Origin: Blastocatellia bacterium
GTDB lineage: Bacteria > Acidobacteriota > Blastocatellia > UBA7656
Length of the DNA: 64,000 nt
Direction: 5' to 3'
Assembly: GCA_963765495.1 (NCBI GenBank)
Contig: CAVXWP010000012.1
Location: 96,001 to 160,000, forward strand
Shown here piece after piece: positions 60,163-64,000 of this stretch. A model generated the notes under the pieces. The model made no database searches. It was not told the origin of the DNA and saw only the letters and a list, made by a program, of their open reading frames with translations. The position numbers were made by a program, and so were the translations under genes. Position 1 is the first letter of the stretch. Every line of letters begins with the position of its first letter.

Positions 60163-61134
60163 TTGCTAACATCGGGCGTGGTGAGCCGGGAAAATATAAC
60201 GCGATTGATACCAGTCATTGTCGGGCCTACCGCTTCGGGCAAGAGCGATTTGGGCATCAAGATCGCCCTTGCTTCCGGCGGCGAAATCATCAACCTGGAT
60301 TCGGTGCAGGTTTATAAACGAATCGAGATTGCCACGGCTAAAGTCCCCCTAGCCGAGCGCCGGGACGTTCCGCATCATCTGATAGACATCGTCGAGCCGA
60401 CCGTGAATTTCACGGCGGGCGAATATGCGAGGGTGGCGAGCCGTGCGCTTTACGACATCGAATCGCGCAACCGGCAGGCCATCTTCGTAGGCGGCACAGG
60501 GTTTTATTTGCGTGCGATTCTGGAGCCGTTGTTTGAAGGGCCGACCACGGATTTGAAATTGCGCGCGCGGCTGATGAGCCTGCGTGACCGGCGAGGCCCG
60601 GAGCATCTGCATCAAATGCTCTCTCGCCTCGACCCGAGGGCCTCGGCGGCCCTGAGTCCTCGCGACTGGTCTCGCAGCATGCGCGGGCTTGAGTTTTATT
60701 TTCAAACCGGGCAGCGTATCTCCGAAGCGCAGCCGGAAACTCCCCCGCCGCCCGATTTCGCTCCGCGAGTCAGGGTCATTGCGCTCAACCCCGACCGGGA
60801 ACCGCTATACAATCGAATCAACCGGCGGGCAGAAATGATGTTTGAGCGCGGACTGGTCGAAGAAGTTGAAGGGCTGCTGGCAGCGGGCATACCTCCCGGT
60901 GCCAAAGCCTTTCAAGCCCATGGTTATCGCCGCGTAGTCGAGTATCTTCAGGGAAAACGTTCACGCGAAGACGCCCTGAATCAGATGAAACTCGATACGC
61001 GCCATTATGCCAAGCGACAGCTTTCCTGGTGGCGCGCCTGGCCCGGCGTGAAATGGATTCACCGATTCGGCGATGCCCCGGAAGCATTCGCCGAGGCCCT
61101 GGAGTATCTGAAGGGTTGCGACCAGACGGAATGA
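60163..61134 (+). CDS. miaA: tRNA dimethylallyltransferase
   Basis: GPTASGKS, DSVQVY, HHLID, GGTGFY, TRHYAKRQ.W motifs; start uncertain (60163-60181). Confidence 0.96.
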   Translation: MLTSGVVSRENITRLIPVIVGPTASGKSDLGIKIALASGGEIINLDSVQVYKRIEIATAKVPLAERRDVPHHLIDIVEPTVNFTAGEYARVASRALYDIESRNRQAIFVGGTGFYLRAILEPLFEGPTTDLKLRARLMSLRDRRGPEHLHQMLSRLDPRASAALSPRDWSRSMRGLEFYFQTGQRISEAQPETPPPPDFAPRVRVIALNPDREPLYNRINRRAEMMFERGLVEEVEGLLAAGIPPGAKAFQAHGYRRVVEYLQGKRSREDALNQMKLDTRHYAKRQLSWWRAWPGVKWIHRFGDAPEAFAEALEYLKGCDQTE

Positions 61135-61156
61135 CAGGCGCAAGGCCGGGTTTTGC

Positions 61157-61217
61157 GGAAATGCTTTTAAGTGGAAATGCTTTTAAGTTGACTTCCTCTG
61201 TTATGAATGGATATTAT
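61157..61217 (+). promoter_or_regulatory. 16-bp tandem duplication abutting a sigma-70-like promoter
   Basis: GGAAATGCTTTTAAGT x2 (61157-61188), then TTGACT-N18-TATTAT. Confidence 0.5.
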
Positions 61218-61282
61218 CCCGCAAACATTGCGTCGGGATCTTTGTTGCCGAGTTGATGTAAAGAACTAAGGATGAATAGAGC

Positions 61283-61639
61283 ATGCCCATCAAGATCCGA
61301 TGCGCCTGGTGCGGTCTTTTGACGGGAATCAAAGACGGCGAGGCAGTAGCAGGATTTGACACAAGTCATACGATCTGCCCCTCTTGCGCGGAGAGAGTCA
61401 ACGCCGGATTGCTGAGCCCTGTGCCAACGTGGAGCGGCACAGACAGGCGCTTGCAACCCGAACGCCGCAGGCGCGAGCGAAGAAACTCTTTGCGGTGCCT
61501 GACCGATACCCTGATAATAATTGACGGGATAACCCTGATAGACGGCGTAGGCGTAGACAGACGGCACAAGGTTCGTCGTCAGAGGGACCGCGAATGGCTG
61601 GCCGAGAAAATTATAGATATGATCTTCAACTCAAAATAG
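61283..61639 (+). CDS. Small hypothetical zinc-finger protein with Arg-rich motifs
   Basis: CAWC...SHTICPSC; DRR/ERR motifs; candidate promoter upstream. Confidence 0.6.
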   Translation: MPIKIRCAWCGLLTGIKDGEAVAGFDTSHTICPSCAERVNAGLLSPVPTWSGTDRRLQPERRRRERRNSLRCLTDTLIIIDGITLIDGVGVDRRHKVRRQRDREWLAEKIIDMIFNSK

Positions 61640-61710
61640 CAATAGCGGAATGAATCCTCGATTGCCCGGATTTATACATCTGAGCTAGAATCTGTTCCTG
61701 GCTTTGTATA

Positions 61711-61819
61711 GTGATACGTGATACCCGATGCGTGATACGTGATGCGTGACTTTCAGTCAGACAACTTGTCACAGGTGAAATCCCTACCTCACGAATCACG
61801 AGTCACAAATCACGTATCA
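61711..61819. repeat. Heptamer palindrome, GTGATRC family
   Basis: (gtgatac/gtgatgc)n, core ctttcagtcaga..., (tcacgaa/tcacgta)n. Confidence 0.85.
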
Positions 61820-61840
61820 TTCAACCGACTGGAGGCAATT

Positions 61841-62353
61841 ATGAAATTAGTACTGATCCTCGTGGCTGTCGCCCTCGTAGGCGCTCCGGCTCTTTCCAGA
61901 CAGAAGGCCGATGAGGGCGCAAACGATTTGAAAGCGATGCCTGCGATAAAGCTGCAAGACTTCGACGGCAAGCAGGTGAATGCCGATACGCTCAAAGGCA
62001 ACATCCTGATCATTGATTTCTGGGCTACGTGGTGCGGCCCCTGCATAAAAGAGATTCCCGCTTATAACGATTTGCAGGCAAAGTACCGGGACAAGGGCGT
62101 GAAGATAGTAGGCGTGACCCTTGCATCGGGCGAAGCAAAGGATGTCAAGCCATTCGTCAATCGCTTCAATATGAAATACACGGTTCTGATGGGCGATGAC
62201 AATCAGGCTTATGATTTAAATCTGGTTGGATTCCCAACTACTTATCTCGTAACCGACGATTGGAAGATATATAACACCTACAGGGGCGCGGGGCCAGGCA
62301 AGACAGCCCGCCTCGAAGCCGACATCCAGAAACTCCTGGCCGGAAAGAATTAG
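61841..62353 (+). CDS. TlpA/ResA-family thiol-disulfide oxidoreductase
   Basis: DFWATWCGPC..E.P and GFPT motifs; signal peptide; GGAGG RBS. Confidence 0.92.
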   Translation: MKLVLILVAVALVGAPALSRQKADEGANDLKAMPAIKLQDFDGKQVNADTLKGNILIIDFWATWCGPCIKEIPAYNDLQAKYRDKGVKIVGVTLASGEAKDVKPFVNRFNMKYTVLMGDDNQAYDLNLVGFPTTYLVTDDWKIYNTYRGAGPGKTARLEADIQKLLAGKN

Positions 62354-62403
62354 CAGATACCAGACCGGATAGATTTCTGCAATCGTCCGTCACGGCTGAA
62401 GGT

Positions 62404-62463
62404 AACGCGCTGAAACGGCGCAAGGTATTTTGAAGGATTTTCCTTGCGTCGTTTCAGCGCGTT
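62404..62463. terminator. 22-bp inverted repeat between convergent genes
   Basis: aacgcgctgaaacggcgcaagg / ccttgcgtcgtttcagcgcgtt followed by T-rich sequence. Confidence 0.6.
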
Positions 62464-62505
62464 TTTATCTCTGATGCGAAGAGAAATACTCTAACGCGAC
62501 CGGCC

Positions 62506-63318
62506 CTATTTGCGGCGCGATCCGGCGGGGGGCTTGAGGCTCTGCGCGAAAAGCCAGTCGAAGAATTCCGGCTCGGCGTAAGCCTTGTCCCACGAGTTAT
62601 GTCCTACGCCCTCGTATTCGTTGTATTTCACGTTGCCGCCCTCGGCCTTTATCGCTTCCACCATTTTCTGAGATTCCGACACTGGGACGACCGGATCAGC
62701 GCCCCCGTGAAAAACCCAGACCGGCGTTTTGCCTACCTTTTGCGCCATAATTGCGTAAGGATCGCCCGTACCGACGGGTTCGGGTCTGGGCTCGTTGGCG
62801 GAGGCTGAAGGAGGTGGACGAAGCCCGCCGCAGATGGGCGCAAGCGCGGCGAATTTATCGGGGTGGCTCGCAACAAGCGCCCACGTGCCGTACCCGCCCA
62901 TCGAAAGCCCCGTAAGATAAACCCGCTGCGGGTCTCCGTTGAATTCTTTTATTGACTGGTCGAGCGCCTTGAGCGCCTGCGCCTGCATTTCAGGCTCAGG
63001 CCACCAGCTATCCTTCGCGCACTGCGGCAGGACGACGATGGCGGGAACGCGCTCTTTGTGTCGGCGTATGACGGTACCTATCCCTACTTCGGTCTGTATC
63101 AACCCGTCATCCCCTCGCTCTCCGGCTCCGTGCAGAAAGAGGATGACCGGCCATCTCTTTCCGGCGTTCCAATCATTGGGAACATAGACCTGATAACGAT
63201 AAACGGTTCCTTCCAATGTGACGGCGCGATCAAGGAATCCGGTTTCGTGTTTGCGTCCCTGGGCAAAAGCTGATGCGCTTAAAAACAAGATCAGAAATGC
63301 GCTCTTCATCCTAAGCAT
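62506..63318 (-). CDS. Secreted alpha/beta hydrolase (esterase/peptidase)
   Basis: FLHGAGERG, GLSMGG (GxSxG), FHG..D.VV, GHNSW catalytic triad; AGGAG RBS. Confidence 0.9.
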   Translation of the reverse strand: MLRMKSAFLILFLSASAFAQGRKHETGFLDRAVTLEGTVYRYQVYVPNDWNAGKRWPVILFLHGAGERGDDGLIQTEVGIGTVIRRHKERVPAIVVLPQCAKDSWWPEPEMQAQALKALDQSIKEFNGDPQRVYLTGLSMGGYGTWALVASHPDKFAALAPICGGLRPPPSASANEPRPEPVGTGDPYAIMAQKVGKTPVWVFHGGADPVVPVSESQKMVEAIKAEGGNVKYNEYEGVGHNSWDKAYAEPEFFDWLFAQSLKPPAGSRRK

Positions 63319-63478
63319 GTTTCGGCTCCTGTTTGACAGATTTTAATACCTGCTTACTCTACATCGAATGCGGCCCCTCGCAAAAGCGATTCAGGCTGCT
63401 TCCCCGACCTGTGCAACAGGTGTCGGACAAACGCGCATCAAAATAGAATTGGGATCTGTTCAGAAAGGAAGAAAAGTA

Positions 63479-63555
63479 GCCACAGAGACACGGAGCCACA
63501 GAGATTTTTTATAATCTTTTCTCTGTGCCTGCGGTGGCTTTGTGGCTACTGCTGA
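63479..63555. repeat. 8-mer-based palindromic element (CACAGAG family), copy 3
   Basis: Inverted homolog of 16008-16085. Confidence 0.85.
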
Positions 63556-63668
63556 ACTCATACTGGAACTGACGTAACTTGATAGGCGGTGCCGGATCAG
63601 ATAGGATTTTGGTACTTGATCAAATCAGGTCAGAACTTAAGACGTTTGATTAACCCGGGAGATAAACT

Positions 63669-64000
63669 ATGAAGCATGTGAAACGGGCGCTGAGCCTGAA
63701 CCTCGCCCTGCTCTTTTCTTTCTCGTTTGCCACAGTCGTTCGAGCGCAGGATGCCAACGTAAAGACGCATACGCTCAAGAATGGGATGAAGGTGCTCGTT
63801 CAGGAAGACCATTCCATTCCAAACGTGGCTATGTATATTTTCTATCGCATAGGCTCGCGCAACGAGCGACCCGGAACCACCGGGCTATCGCATTTCTTTG
63901 AGCACATGATGTTCAACGGCGCGAAGAAGTACGGACCCGGCGAGTTTGACCGAACCATGGAAGCCGCGGGCGGGTCCAACAACGCTTACACGAATCAAAA
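63669..64000 (+). CDS. M16 family zinc peptidase (pitrilysin-like), truncated by the window end
   Basis: Manual translation: signal peptide, L.NGM.V, GSRNE.PG.TGLSHFFEHMMF.G (HxxEH), NAYT. Confidence 0.92.
   Translation, partial: MKHVKRALSLNLALLFSFSFATVVRAQDANVKTHTLKNGMKVLVQEDHSIPNVAMYIFYRIGSRNERPGTTGLSHFFEHMMFNGAKKYGPGEFDRTMEAAGGSNNAYTNQ

Noticed and set aside
14181-61819. Heptamer elements as CRISPR arrays
   Set aside because: Arms are inverted microsatellites at dispersed loci, cores are mutually similar rather than unique spacers, and no cas genes are present.

Overview
Gene-dense chromosomal window with no rRNA, tRNA, CRISPR array, prophage or transposase that I can recognise. Gene content (TPR-type Ser/Thr kinase, HYR protein, long LptC/LptA-like protein) suggests Acidobacteriota, probably Blastocatellia; this is inference. 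It holds housekeeping genes (hup, mpl, msrPQ, tmk, hfq, argS, aroF, lptB-rpoN-hpf-rapZ-PTS IIA, recJ, fmt, miaA), a beta-mannan operon (SSS transporter, GH5, cellobiose 2-epimerase, GH130), a DUF4912-GH57 pair, two sigma-54 activators with three candidate -24/-12 promoters, and several secreted proteins. The most unusual signal is non-coding. About 11 intergenic elements, most of them palindromes, have arms made of tandem 7-mers from at least five different heptamer types. They fill operon junctions almost exactly and supply the stop codon of four genes. In two cases they separate an SD-like motif from the downstream ATG, and one heptamer occurs as an in-frame 11-copy tract inside the lptC/lptA-like gene. 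Also present are a two-copy MITE, an 8-mer palindrome family, an IS200/IS605-like mini-element and an MprF-like pseudogene fragment. All calls come from reading motifs by eye; no searches were run.
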